Source of the DNA: Oculatellaceae cyanobacterium bins.114
Lineage (GTDB): Bacteria > Cyanobacteriota > Cyanobacteriia > Elainellales > Elainellaceae
Assembly: GCA_033764315.1 (NCBI GenBank)
Contig: JANRJA010000137.1
Span: 32,001-96,000, forward strand
Length of the DNA stretch: 64,000 nt
Direction: 5' to 3'
The notes below the pieces were generated by a model, which saw only the letters and a program-made list of their open reading frames with translations, made no database searches and was not told the origin of the DNA. The position numbers were made by a program, and so were the translations under genes. Shown one piece after another: positions 1 to 10,229 of the stretch (positions within the stretch are counted from its first letter, which is position 1; each line of letters starts with the position of its first letter).

Positions 1-111
1 ATCGGTTGAAATCAAAATGCGTCCTGGTTGGGTTTCCAGTAGCATCTTCGCCAGTGTCGATTTGCCACTGCCAGGTAACCCAATCAGCAGAAGGAGGCGG
101 GGGGAAGACAA
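1..111 (-). CDS. AAA_33/kinase-type P-loop protein, N-terminal part (runs off the window start)
   Basis: Manual translation gives (TTG)SSPRLLLLIGLPGSGKSTLAKMLLETQPGRILISTD, a Walker A motif followed by ISTD. Not in the ORF track; start codon uncertain (TTG at 111 or 123). Confidence 0.75.
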   Translation of the reverse strand, partial: MSSPRLLLLIGLPGSGKSTLAKMLLETQPGRILISTD

Positions 112-242
112 GGGAAGAGCCAAAAAACAAAAAAGAAGAGAAAAAAAGAGGAAAAACAATTCAAAGATAAAAAATAAAAGCTAAAGAGGTAGCTCCTTAA
201 TCTTCCTTATTCTTTCTTCTATTTTCCTTCTTCTTTTTTGCC

Positions 243-1532
243 TTAGATGATCGTTCCATCGGGGATAGTGGCATTCTTTAACACAACCACGATGCCATTG
301 CGGATGTAGAAGCCCTGGCTTTCACGCTCAGCTTCTTCAACCCGATCTTTGTTGATGATTTGAACGTCACAGCCAATGCAAGCGTTTTTGTCGATGATGG
401 CACGACGAATCGTGGTGTTGGGGCCAATGCCAACTGGAATGTGGGTGCGATCGCAGTTATCTTGTCGCTCTGCATAGGGTTGATAGAAGTCAGCCCCCAT
501 AATCAGCGTGTCTTGAATTGTGCTGCCTGACTCAACTCGTGTCCGAATTCCCAAAACAGAGTGATGAATCGTGCAGTTTTTCAAAATGCACCCTTCACCA
601 ATCATCGACTCAGTAATGTGGCAATCCAGCATTTTGGTCGGAGGCAGATAGCGTCCACGGGTGTAGATGGGTGCCTGCTCATCATAAAAGCTGAAAGGAG
701 GTTGAGGTTGTTGGGTGAGTGCCAGGTTAGCGTCATAAAACGCTTCTATCGTTCCGATGTCTTCCCAATAGCCCTTAAACAGAAAAGCTTGGACATTGTA
801 TTCCTTAGCAGAGGCAGGAATAATCTCTTTGCCAAAGTCAGTTTGCTCAGGCGATCGCTTCAGCAAATTGATCAATACATCTTTCTTGAAGACGTAGATT
901 CCCATTGAGGCAATATAAGGACTTTGTTGCGCATCTTCTGGCGATAGCCCCAACGCTGTCGTGTCTACCTGCATTTGCTTTAGGGCTTCTCCCTTGGGCT
1001 TTTCACTAAAATCAATGACCCGACCTGAGTCATCAATTTTCATCAAACCAAAGTCAGAAGCACGTTTTTCATCAATAGGAATGACTGAAATAGTGATATC
1101 AGCATTGGTTTCCCGATGCCGTTGAATGAACTCGGTATAGTCCATCCGGTAGAGATGGTCTCCCGATAAAATTAAGTACTCCTCTACATCAAATTCGTTA
1201 AATAACCACGCATATTGGCGTACCGCATCCGCTGTGCCCTGAAACCAATTAGGGTTTTCAGGAGTTTGTTGGGCTGCCAAAATCTCAACAAACCCTTCAT
1301 GAAAGCCAGAAAAGTTATAAGTACGGGAGATATGGCGGTTTAAGGATGCCGAATTGAATTGAGTGAGAACGTAGATTTTATAAATGTCTGAGTTAATACA
1401 ATTACTGACAGGAATATCAATTAACCGATATTTGCCAGCCAATGGTACAGCTGGTTTAGCTCGTAGCTTCGTTAAAGGATAAAGACGGGTGCCAGCACCG
1501 CCGCCTAAGATGATCGCTAATACTTGCTTCAC
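243..1532 (-). CDS. glgC: glucose-1-phosphate adenylyltransferase (ADP-glucose pyrophosphorylase)
   Basis: [34 protein letters not shown] and a C-terminal beta-helix; 429 aa. Confidence 0.98.
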   Translation of the reverse strand: MKQVLAIILGGGAGTRLYPLTKLRAKPAVPLAGKYRLIDIPVSNCINSDIYKIYVLTQFNSASLNRHISRTYNFSGFHEGFVEILAAQQTPENPNWFQGTADAVRQYAWLFNEFDVEEYLILSGDHLYRMDYTEFIQRHRETNADITISVIPIDEKRASDFGLMKIDDSGRVIDFSEKPKGEALKQMQVDTTALGLSPEDAQQSPYIASMGIYVFKKDVLINLLKRSPEQTDFGKEIIPASAKEYNVQAFLFKGYWEDIGTIEAFYDANLALTQQPQPPFSFYDEQAPIYTRGRYLPPTKMLDCHITESMIGEGCILKNCTIHHSVLGIRTRVESGSTIQDTLIMGADFYQPYAERQDNCDRTHIPVGIGPNTTIRRAIIDKNACIGCDVQIINKDRVEEAERESQGFYIRNGIVVVLKNATIPDGTII

Positions 1533-1981
1533 GACAACCTCTTTACGCCTATTGTGATCCCACGTCCAGTGTCCATCTGTCGGGTACAGTTTGCAAGAGG
1601 TTATGGATACAAAGCTAAATTGTTTTGCTCAGTCGCAAGGTTCAAATTTATCAGCGAAGACCAGAGCAAAAATCGGTATAAAAACACTTGACAAAGGCTC
1701 TGTTTAGATTACTAAGGGGGGAATCTCTTGAAACTTCGTCTATTTAGGCAGAAATAGTGAGAGAAATGAGTCGCTCATGATGGCTTCTGCTAATCCTTGT
1801 TTATGAGAATAAGCTGGAGTAGAGCCTAAAAACCCCTCAACTATCTTAAAGATTCTCAACAATAGCTCTTCTTCAGCAAGAGCTTAGAAGGTGAGAGGGT
1901 GCATCTGACGATTGGGGAGTGTGGGCACATCCAACGCTGCTTCTGCCCTCTGGGTTGACCTGTCTGTTGCTATGACGTGTT

Positions 1982-2602
1982 ATGGACTACGCCGCTGTTA
2001 TCTCATTTCTAAAACAATCCGATCCACACTTAGCCTCCGTGATTGAGCGGGTTGGGCCGTGTCTCCTCACACCTGATGAAGGAGATCTGTTGTCTTGCAT
2101 GGCAGAAACCATTATTTATCAACAGCTTTCAGGTAAGGCGGCAGCTACTATTCACCGTCGGTTTTTGCAAATCTATGGCGATCGCCCCGTGTTGACTGCC
2201 ACCGATATTTTAAGCACCCCCGATGAGGTGTTGCGAGGTGCTGGGATCTCGCGAGCAAAAGTGAGTTATCTCAAAGATCTGGCACAACGGGTGCAGGCAG
2301 GGTTGCCCAGTTTAGAGCAATTGCAGGAACTAGATGATGAGGCGATCGCCAAAACCTTGACTCAAATTAAAGGAATTGGGCGATGGAGCGTGCAGATGTT
2401 GTTGATCTTTCGGCTTAATCGCCCAGACGTGTTGCCAACCGAAGACTTGGGAGTGCGAACAGCGATCCAGAAGATCTATGGGTTAGAGACCCTGCCCGAT
2501 AAGAAAACGGTGGAACAGGTGGGGCAAGCGTGGAAACCCTATCGCTCGATCGCTACGTGGTATTTGTGGCGAAGTTTAGATGCACCTGTTCTCTTGGGAT
2601 GA
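1982..2602 (+). CDS. alkA: DNA-3-methyladenine glycosylase II (AlkA/HhH-GPD family)
   Basis: IIYQQLSGKAA, HhH motif IKGIGRWS, LPTEDLG, WKPYRS. Confidence 0.9.
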   Translation: MDYAAVISFLKQSDPHLASVIERVGPCLLTPDEGDLLSCMAETIIYQQLSGKAAATIHRRFLQIYGDRPVLTATDILSTPDEVLRGAGISRAKVSYLKDLAQRVQAGLPSLEQLQELDDEAIAKTLTQIKGIGRWSVQMLLIFRLNRPDVLPTEDLGVRTAIQKIYGLETLPDKKTVEQVGQAWKPYRSIATWYLWRSLDAPVLLG

Positions 2603-2619
2603 GCTAGCCGTCAATCGGC

Positions 2620-3501
2620 TCAGGTGTCTGATCGGCTGACCACCACATCTGTGATAAATGGACGGCTGCCGTCTGTAGAGTTGCCACTAATCCGCAAGCG
2701 AATCTCAGTTGCGGTGACTGTTCCACCAATACGCGTTCCGGCGGCAATGTCGTATGACCAATAGTTCCAAAAGTTTTGACTGACTTCACGGCGAGAGTTA
2801 AAGAAGTTGGCATTAAGCGATTGAGCCGCATAGGTATTGGTCAAACTGCCAGAGAGCCGATTGCCATTGAGTTGAAACGTCCAATATTGCGCCAAAAAAC
2901 CACCTTGAATGTTGTAAGGCACCGCTGAATAAAGCTCAACTGCCCCCTCGATATTGCGAGAACCCGGTGAGGCTGTAATGGATAGGTTAAAGGGGTTGCT
3001 CTCATTCACTCCGCCTGCTTGTTTGATGCGCCCAATCGTGACGGTGGTGCCGATTTGAGTGCGGGTGGTGCCGACATAATCGCCAAAAATATCAGATACC
3101 TCAATGGTGCTGGTTGCGGTGCCTGTATAAGTGCCCCATAAATTTTGGTTGCCCGGTTCTAAACTGGCTGAAAATTGCATCAGGTAATTTGTGTTACCTG
3201 TCACCCGCAACACTTTGACATAATAAGTTCCAGCATTGAGCACACGCCGAATTGATTCAGACAGGGTGCCAGCACGGCGCGATCGCACAATTTGTCTGCC
3301 TTGAGAATTTAACAGTTGAATATCGGCATCAGCCGTCAATTCACTCAAGGCAATATTGAGACTGCCGCGACTGCCTAACTGAAATTTAAATACATCAACA
3401 ACATCTCGACGACCTACAAAATCTCGGACGGCACGATTGGCACTAACGGCTCCTAAATTTCGTGCTCTCACTAACGTGTTATCGGCATTACTAACTGACA
3501 T
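2620..3501 (-). CDS. protein with N-terminal PPC (pre-peptidase C-terminal) domain and an unassigned beta-rich C-terminal domain
   Basis: ADNTL..AR.LG, DFVG..D..DVFKF, DADIQLL and AGTYYVKV match cyanobacterial PPC repeats; GAGGAG RBS precedes the ATG at 3501. Confidence 0.7.
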   Translation of the reverse strand: MSVSNADNTLVRARNLGAVSANRAVRDFVGRRDVVDVFKFQLGSRGSLNIALSELTADADIQLLNSQGRQIVRSRRAGTLSESIRRVLNAGTYYVKVLRVTGNTNYLMQFSASLEPGNQNLWGTYTGTATSTIEVSDIFGDYVGTTRTQIGTTVTIGRIKQAGGVNESNPFNLSITASPGSRNIEGAVELYSAVPYNIQGGFLAQYWTFQLNGNRLSGSLTNTYAAQSLNANFFNSRREVSQNFWNYWSYDIAAGTRIGGTVTATEIRLRISGNSTDGSRPFITDVVVSRSDT

Positions 3502-3735
3502 TGACACTCCTCGTCTAGTAACAAATCAAGCTCATTTGTGAATTTTGTGAATTTCATTGGATACACCGAAATTCGACGCTCTAGACAGTATGAAACGCTT
3601 ACTGACGTGTCACTTTAGGTGCCGAGTTGAGAGAGTGGCAAGTACTATCGACAAATTGATTCAAAACTTAAAGATATGTTTTACAGCCGCCCTTTGAAAT
3701 AGACCAACTGGGTGAGGCAAGAGGTTGTCATGTAG

Positions 3736-3787
3736 GCAAATTGCATAGAGGGGACGCGATTAATCGCGTCCCCTCTATGCAATTTGC
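3736..3787. repeat. perfect 52-bp palindrome with GACGCGATTAATCGCGTC core, just 3' of hydA
   Basis: GCAAATTGCATAGAGGGGACGCGAT-TA-ATCGCGTCCCCTCTATGCAATTTGC. Confidence 0.9.
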
Positions 3788-3794
3788 TAACCTC

Positions 3795-5210
3795 TTACAT
3801 CACTCGCCCCGATGCCGATCGCTTTAAAAATTGCCCCATCCCCGGTTTGCCCAGCCATTCATCCCCATTCACAATCAATTGACCTCGCAAAAACACCTTT
3901 TCGACTTTGCCTGTGACCGATCGCCCTTCATACAGCGAATAGTCTACGTTGGAGTGGTGGGTGCTGGCACTGAGAATGTGGGTCTTGTTGGGGTCAAACA
4001 GCACCAGATCGGCATCGCTGCCCACCGCGATCGCCCCTTTTTGGGGAAACAGCCCAAACATTTTGGCAGGCGCGGTGGAGGTGAGTTGCACAAATCGATT
4101 AAGCGAGATTTTGCCCGCGTTGACGCCGCCATCAAACAGCAGCGGAACTCGCAACTCGACTCCTGGTGCCCCATTGGGAATTTGTTCAAAGTTGTCGCGT
4201 CCCAGTTGCTTAGATTTGTTGAGACCATAGGGGGCTTCGTTAAAGCAAAAAGGGCAATGATCGGTTGAAACAATTTGCAAGTCGTCAAATTTCAGCCCAC
4301 GCCAGAGCGCATGTTGGCATTTGTGCGATCGCAATGGAGGTGTCATGACATACTTTGCCCCTTCAAATCCGGGGCGATCGTACTCCTCAATAGTCAAAAA
4401 CAGGTAATGGGGACAGGTTTCAGCAAAAGCCGGAATACCGCGATCGCGTGCCTCAACTACTGCCGCCAAGGCTTCTTCGGCTGATAGGTGCACCAGATAC
4501 ACCGGAATCTCGGCCAACTCTGCCAGACGAATGGCTCGATGGGAGGCTTCCCCTTCCATAATCGACGGGCGAGTTAGAGCGTGATATTTCGGGGAAGTGT
4601 TGCCCTGTGCCAGTGCTTCCTCAATCAATACTTGAATGACGCCACCATTCTCAGCGTGGAGGTTGATCATGCCGCCATGATTGCCAACCGTTCGCATGGA
4701 GCGAAAAATATTGGCATCATCCACCATCAACACACCGGGGTATGCCATGAACATTTTGAAGCTGGAAATGCCGTCGTGATTGATCAGGTCGGGTAACTCA
4801 GACAGCACAGCGGGGTTCACGTCAGTGAGAATGATGTGAAAGCCAAAATCGACGCAAACCTGAGGTTCTGCCAGCGCAAGCCGCTGGTCGAGGGCTTGTT
4901 TAGCCGTTTGCCCCTGACGTTGCAGGGCAAAGTCGATGATGGTGGTGGTGCCGCCAAAGGCTGCCGATCGCGTCCCAGTTTCATAGGTGTCACAGGTTTG
5001 CGCGTTGCCAAGGTCAAACTCCATGTGGGTGTGCACATCAACCCCTCCGGGCAGCACCATCAGCCCTGCTGCATTGTGCACCTCAAACGCCTCAGCCGGA
5101 ATCTCACGAGCGATCGCCTCAATTCGTCCATCTCGAATCAGGATATCGGCGACGTAATCATCCACCGCGGTTACAATGCGGCCCCCTTTAATCAGCACCT
5201 GACGTTCCAT
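3795..5210 (-). CDS. hydA: dihydropyrimidinase / D-hydantoinase
   Basis: PGGVDVHTH, GGTTTIIDF, SSFKMFMAY (carboxylated Lys), LHAENG, STDHCPF, IPNGAPGVE. Confidence 0.93.
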   Translation of the reverse strand: MERQVLIKGGRIVTAVDDYVADILIRDGRIEAIAREIPAEAFEVHNAAGLMVLPGGVDVHTHMEFDLGNAQTCDTYETGTRSAAFGGTTTIIDFALQRQGQTAKQALDQRLALAEPQVCVDFGFHIILTDVNPAVLSELPDLINHDGISSFKMFMAYPGVLMVDDANIFRSMRTVGNHGGMINLHAENGGVIQVLIEEALAQGNTSPKYHALTRPSIMEGEASHRAIRLAELAEIPVYLVHLSAEEALAAVVEARDRGIPAFAETCPHYLFLTIEEYDRPGFEGAKYVMTPPLRSHKCQHALWRGLKFDDLQIVSTDHCPFCFNEAPYGLNKSKQLGRDNFEQIPNGAPGVELRVPLLFDGGVNAGKISLNRFVQLTSTAPAKMFGLFPQKGAIAVGSDADLVLFDPNKTHILSASTHHSNVDYSLYEGRSVTGKVEKVFLRGQLIVNGDEWLGKPGMGQFLKRSASGRVM

Positions 5211-5253
5211 ATCCTTTGCAAATCCACGAGATTGGTTAAAAAATAAGACTGCA

Positions 5254-5295
5254 AAATTAACGCCAAAATCGCAATAGCTCCGTGGCGATCGCTAC
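5254..5295 (-). promoter_or_regulatory. putative class II NtcA promoter for hydA
   Basis: Minus strand reads GTA-GCGATCGC-CAC (5295-5282), 22 nt, then TAATTT (TAN3T, 5259-5254). The spacer is a HIP1 site, so a chance match is possible. Confidence 0.5.
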
Positions 5296-5373
5296 AAAAC
5301 GCCATAAATCGCCACAATTACCAGTGTGTTGCAACATAAATCGTCAACTTTGAAAGGCGAGTAAATGACCGAA

Positions 5374-5389
5374 TGTAACTAGTGATACA
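5374..5389. promoter_or_regulatory. NtcA binding site
   Basis: TGTA-ACTAGTGA-TACA, a perfect GTA-N8-TAC with T/A flanks, between divergent hydA and the ABC operon. Confidence 0.7.
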
Positions 5390-5497
5390 ATCCAAGACTG
5401 AAAAAATCATTAAAACTCCCTATAGTAGCTATTTAGAAAGTGCAGATTTCGTGTTTATTGAGTGCCAGTGCCCTCTCGCGTTTACTGAAATATCCCC

Positions 5498-6685
5498 ATG
5501 TCTGAAGCGTTTATATCTACCTCTGTCGCAACTTCCGAAACTCTAGAACCCCAGGATGTTCATGTGACGCAACAGGCGATCGCGGCTAGCACTCAAGGGG
5601 TTGTACTGAGATCTGTAACTAAAAAATATGGGTCTGTCGTCGCGGTCGAAAATGTCAATTTAGACATTCCTGCGGGGTCTTACTGTTGCCTCTTGGGGCC
5701 GAGTGGTTGTGGCAAAACCAGTACCCTGCGGATGATTGCAGGACACGAAGAGATTTCGAGTGGCGATGTGTATATTGGCGATCGCCGAGTGAACGATCTG
5801 CCTCCTGCTAAGCGCAACACGGCAATGGTGTTTCAAAGTTATGCCCTGTTTCCTCATAAAACGGTGCGAGAAAACGTGGGGTTTGGGCTAAAAATGCGTG
5901 GCGTCAACAAAACAGAACGCGACCAACGGGTGGATGAAATGCTAGAAATCGTGGGCTTAAGCAAGTTTGCTAACCGCAAACCCAGCATGCTCAGTGGTGG
6001 GCAACAACAACGGGTTGCGCTGGCGCGATCGCTTGTGACTCGCCCTCAAGTGCTGTTGTTAGACGAACCCCTCAGCGCGTTAGATGAGTCGCTACGGGTC
6101 AAAACACGAGGAGAGTTGCGCCGCCTGCAACGCCAGTTTGGGATGACCTTTATTCAAGTCACCCACGCTCAAGATGAGGCGTTTGCCTTGGCCGATCAAA
6201 TCGTCGTGATGGATCACGGTCACATCGATCAGGTGGGTACTCCATCTGACATTTTTAGTGCTCCTGCCTCCCGCTTTGTGGCTCGCTTTGTCGGAGATAA
6301 CAACATCTTTGTTGGCACAGTGACGAGTGTGGTTCCCAACTCCCCTGCCCTGATTCAGTTAGAGGTCGATCAGCTTGGCACTTTCTTGTGTCAGGGGCAA
6401 ACCGCTGATGTGGGAATGACGGCGGCTTGTTGTGTCAGGAGCGATCGCATGACGCTTAAACCTTTTAGCCCTGGCACGTCACCTCAACCCAACCAGCTTT
6501 CAGCTCGCATTACGGCGATCGAGTTCACGGGGTATGTGACTCGTGTCTCATTGATGACCGAAGCCACTACCGAAGAACTCATTTACAAAGTTCGTACCCA
6601 CGATTGGCTGGCGGCTCCAATGCAAGAAGGGCAACTCGTCACCCTCAATTGGTCTACTGACGATTGTGTCTTTTTGCCCCATTAG
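5498..6685 (+). CDS. ABC importer ATP-binding subunit (PotA-like, TOBE domain)
   Basis: GPSGCGKT, LSGGQQQR, LLLDEP. Confidence 0.92.
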   Translation: MSEAFISTSVATSETLEPQDVHVTQQAIAASTQGVVLRSVTKKYGSVVAVENVNLDIPAGSYCCLLGPSGCGKTSTLRMIAGHEEISSGDVYIGDRRVNDLPPAKRNTAMVFQSYALFPHKTVRENVGFGLKMRGVNKTERDQRVDEMLEIVGLSKFANRKPSMLSGGQQQRVALARSLVTRPQVLLLDEPLSALDESLRVKTRGELRRLQRQFGMTFIQVTHAQDEAFALADQIVVMDHGHIDQVGTPSDIFSAPASRFVARFVGDNNIFVGTVTSVVPNSPALIQLEVDQLGTFLCQGQTADVGMTAACCVRSDRMTLKPFSPGTSPQPNQLSARITAIEFTGYVTRVSLMTEATTEELIYKVRTHDWLAAPMQEGQLVTLNWSTDDCVFLPH

Positions 6686-6777
6686 ACTCTAGTTTCAATC
6701 AAGCAGTCTAAATCAAGTTTGTCTCGCTCCCTCACAATCTGACTTTTAAGAGAAATATCACCGAAATACTAAGAACT

Positions 6778-8091
6778 ATGGCTAAATTTACCCGTCGTCA
6801 AGTCTTGAGAACCGGATTAGCAGCCGGAGCAATGCTAACCGCGACCCAATGTGCTCGCAGCGAAGCCCCTAGTGGCACGCCCAATAATCCGGCACCTGGC
6901 CCAGAGGTCAACACCAATCAGATCAAGGATGTTACCCTTCGGTTTATCGGGACGGGCGTTTCTCAAATTAACGAAATTCGAGACAAAGCTCAGGAAGATT
7001 TGGGTTTTAAGCTCGACATGCGGGCACTCAGCACCGAAGAAAATAACCAGATCGCCATCACCCAACCGGGGCAATACGACGTGTTTGACGGTGAATTCTT
7101 TAGCTTGCCATTGGTGGTTCCGTCCGGGAACTTGCAGGCGATCGATGTTAGCAAAATCACGGCTTTCGACAAAATTGTCTCCATCTTTACCACAGGCAAA
7201 TTTGAAGGGTTGCCCGTTGAAACCTCTCAGGGCACCAGTCCCTACAAAGTGATGTATCTGAAGGAGCAAGGCTCTACCGAATTTGCTACCGAGCCAACCA
7301 ACTGGGCGACCTTGATTCCCTTCCAATACAACGCTGATACGTTGGGCTATCGTCCTGACTTGGTCGGGCGTGAAATTGAAAGCTGGGCTGAGTTGTTTAA
7401 CCCAGAGTTCAAAGGCAAGACCTCCATTCTTGATATCCCCTCCATTGGCATTATGGATGCAGCAATGGTGGTCGAAGCGGCGGGATTGATGACCTTTGGT
7501 GACAAGGGCAATATGACTCGTGCAGAGATTGATCAGATTACTGAGATTTTGAAAGAGCAAAAGCGCAATGGACAGTTCCGGGCGTTTTGGAAAACCTTTG
7601 ATGAATCGGTCAACCTGATGGCATCGGGTGAAGTGGTATTGCAGTCGATGTGGTCGCCTGCTGTGACGGCTGTCAAAGCCAAGGGCATTCAATGTGTCTA
7701 CGCTCCCTTAAAGGAAGGCTATCGCGCTTGGGGAGGGGGCATTGGGCTGTCTAAAAATCTCTCTGGAATCGAATTAGATGCGGCTTACGACTACATCAAC
7801 TGGATGTTAGATGGCTGGGTGGGTGCCTTTTTAGGACGGCAAGGCTATTACAGTGCAGTTCCTGAGAATGCTCAAAAGTTTATGTCGCCTGCGGAGTGGG
7901 ATTTCTGGTATGAAGGGAAGCCCGCCGTTGAAGACATGATCGACCCGTTTGGTAAGAAGCTCGAACCCAAAGGAGCCGTTCGCGATGGCGGTTCCTTTAA
8001 AGAACGGATGGGCAATGTGGTGGTCTGGAACTCCACAATGGATGAGCAGGTTTACCTCGTCCAGAAATGGAATGAGTTTATTGCTTCCTAG
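6778..8091 (+). CDS. ABC substrate-binding protein (PotD/PotF-like) with Tat signal, probable lipoprotein
   Basis: TRRQVL twin-arginine motif with Cys after the hydrophobic stretch; YNADTLGYRPD, SWAELFNPEFKGK; operon context. Confidence 0.88.
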   Translation: MAKFTRRQVLRTGLAAGAMLTATQCARSEAPSGTPNNPAPGPEVNTNQIKDVTLRFIGTGVSQINEIRDKAQEDLGFKLDMRALSTEENNQIAITQPGQYDVFDGEFFSLPLVVPSGNLQAIDVSKITAFDKIVSIFTTGKFEGLPVETSQGTSPYKVMYLKEQGSTEFATEPTNWATLIPFQYNADTLGYRPDLVGREIESWAELFNPEFKGKTSILDIPSIGIMDAAMVVEAAGLMTFGDKGNMTRAEIDQITEILKEQKRNGQFRAFWKTFDESVNLMASGEVVLQSMWSPAVTAVKAKGIQCVYAPLKEGYRAWGGGIGLSKNLSGIELDAAYDYINWMLDGWVGAFLGRQGYYSAVPENAQKFMSPAEWDFWYEGKPAVEDMIDPFGKKLEPKGAVRDGGSFKERMGNVVVWNSTMDEQVYLVQKWNEFIAS

Positions 8092-8105
8092 AGTTGAGAA
8101 AAACT

Positions 8106-8211
8106 CTCGTTCCCAGTCTCCTGGCTGGGAATGCCGGATAGCAGTGCCGCTTCATCTTGGAAGAGGCAGAGCCTCCAAACCTACGTTCTTAGGCAGAGCC
8201 TCAGGAACGAG
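8106..8211. repeat. REP-like dispersed repeat family A, copy 1
   Basis: Inverted ends CTCGTTCC...GGAACGAG and internal GAGGCAGAGCCTC hairpin; homologous to 14018-14227. Confidence 0.75.
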
Positions 8212-8296
8212 GCTGAGTTGGGGGGATTTGGGAAGCGAAACTCTGTAGCCCTAACTTTTTTTACTTTTCATTCTTTATTCTTCACTCTTCCCCCCA

Positions 8297-9154
8297 ATGT
8301 CTAAAGGCTTAAAGACTCTCGAAACCTATGCTTTGGTGACACCACAAACGCTGGTGTTTCTGCTGTTTTTGGTGTTTCCCATTGTCATGATCGCCATTGT
8401 CAGTTTCTGGCAATTTAATGGCTACGCAATGGTGCCTGCCTTTACGCTAGACAATTACATCGGCATCTTTACCTCAGATGTCTCGCTCAAAACCTATCTC
8501 AATACCTTCAAGTACGTCATTCTAGTCTGGTTCTTTTCGTTGGCGATCGCCTTTCCCGTATCCTATTTCCTCGCCTTTCACATTCGCAATCAGCGGCTTC
8601 AGATCATCCTGTTTTTGGTATGTACGATCCCGTTCTGGACGTCTAACATCATCCGCATGATCTCGTGGATTCCGGTGTTGGGCAAAGAGGGATTGGTCAA
8701 CCAAATGCTCATCAACACAGGTTTAAGAGAAGTCCCTGTGGAATGGTTGTTGTACTCTGACTTTGCGATCGTCTTGGGGATGGTGCACCTCTATAACTTT
8801 TTTATGATCGCGCCGATTTTTAATAGCTTGGTGCGAATCGATCGCAGTTTGATTACAGCGGCTCTAGATATGGGTGCATCTGGTTTTCAGGTGTTGCGCG
8901 AGGTGATCATTCCGTTGGCAGCACCAGGAATTGCGATCGGCTCGATTTTTATCGTGACGCTGGTGATGGGCGAATTTGTCACCGTTCGCTTAATGGGGGG
9001 TGGGCAAGCCGCTTCTGTGGGCAAGTTGATTCAAACTCAGATTGGCAGTTTGCAATATCCTCTAGCGGCTGCTAACGCCGTGATTTTGCTGATTGTGACG
9101 CTGATCTTGGTCGCCGGAATTTTGCGTGCCGTGAATATTCGTAAGGAGCTGTAA
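8297..9154 (+). CDS. ABC permease (PotB-like)
   Basis: Six TM segments; EAA-like motif LITAALDMGA. Confidence 0.9.
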   Translation: MSKGLKTLETYALVTPQTLVFLLFLVFPIVMIAIVSFWQFNGYAMVPAFTLDNYIGIFTSDVSLKTYLNTFKYVILVWFFSLAIAFPVSYFLAFHIRNQRLQIILFLVCTIPFWTSNIIRMISWIPVLGKEGLVNQMLINTGLREVPVEWLLYSDFAIVLGMVHLYNFFMIAPIFNSLVRIDRSLITAALDMGASGFQVLREVIIPLAAPGIAIGSIFIVTLVMGEFVTVRLMGGGQAASVGKLIQTQIGSLQYPLAAANAVILLIVTLILVAGILRAVNIRKEL

Positions 9155-9156
9155 TC

Positions 9157-9966
9157 GTGGAAAAACGTTCTCTCTCCTTCTATTTGCTGGCTGCTTTTTT
9201 TGGGTTGTTTGTTCTGTTCCTTTATGGGCCGATGATTGCCATCTTCATGTTGTCGCTACAAGGCGAAGAGGGCACGCTAACCTTTCCATTGCGAGGGTTT
9301 AGCTTTTATTGGTTGGGACAAGTGTTTCAAGAACAGCGAGTGGGCAGTTTTGTCGAGGCGTTTCAGCGATCGCTCCTGTTGGGCATCATTGTGACGCTGC
9401 TCTCGATCGGGGTCACTGTCCTGGCGGCACTTGCGTTTCGGAATCGATTTCGAGGCTCAAATGTGATCTTTTACCTGACGATTGCGAGCCTGATCGTGCC
9501 CAGTGTGCTCGTGTCATTGGGGATCGGGATCGCCTTTCAAGTCTTGGGTATTGAAACGAATTGGTTCTCATCGGGCATTGGTGCACATCTCACTTGGACG
9601 GTTCCCTTTGCCTTTTTGATCATGCTTGGCATCTTTAATCGCTTTAACCCTGCTTATGAAGAGGCAGCGCGAGACTTAGGTGCAAACGACATCAAAACAT
9701 TTTGGGAGATTGTGTTGCCGCTGATTGCCCCCGGTTTAGTGGGTATCGGTATCTTAGGCTTTACCTTGTCTTACGACGAATTTACTCGCACCTCGCTCGT
9801 GTCGGGGCAAGACAACACGCTGCCGCTAGAGATATTTGGGATGACCACTAACGTCACCTCCCCCGCTTTATATGCATTAGGAACGCTAACGACCGTGTTT
9901 TCGTTTAGCCTGATTGCGATCGCCTTTGTGGCTTACACCTTTTTCTCCCGGCAGCAACAGCATTAA
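9157..9966 (+). CDS. ABC permease (PotC-like)
   Basis: YEEAARDLGA, FTLSYDEF. Confidence 0.9.
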   Translation: MEKRSLSFYLLAAFFGLFVLFLYGPMIAIFMLSLQGEEGTLTFPLRGFSFYWLGQVFQEQRVGSFVEAFQRSLLLGIIVTLLSIGVTVLAALAFRNRFRGSNVIFYLTIASLIVPSVLVSLGIGIAFQVLGIETNWFSSGIGAHLTWTVPFAFLIMLGIFNRFNPAYEEAARDLGANDIKTFWEIVLPLIAPGLVGIGILGFTLSYDEFTRTSLVSGQDNTLPLEIFGMTTNVTSPALYALGTLTTVFSFSLIAIAFVAYTFFSRQQQH

Positions 9967-10229
9967 TCATTTCTCCCCATAGATCTATCTATCAGTAGAT
10001 GAAGGCAAACCTTAGCTTTGTCGAGATTTTGCACGCCTTTATCGCAGGTTCATAAGCCGCTCTGCAAGCCCTTTACGCTATCTTCACAAAACTTGATCCC
10101 CGCTGTTTCAATACGAAGATTCTGCAAAGACTGGCGTGAAAGCTATCTTGATCTCTGGATAGGGGTCTATAGTTCGGTGTAGTAAGAACCTACGTGTTTA
10201 CACGGTCATTTCTCAAAGAGGACAGCCCG

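Noticed and set aside
6835..7692. 285-aa antisense ORF and the other overlapping shadow ORFs in the track
   Set aside because: They lie opposite or within well-supported genes and have no recognisable motifs.
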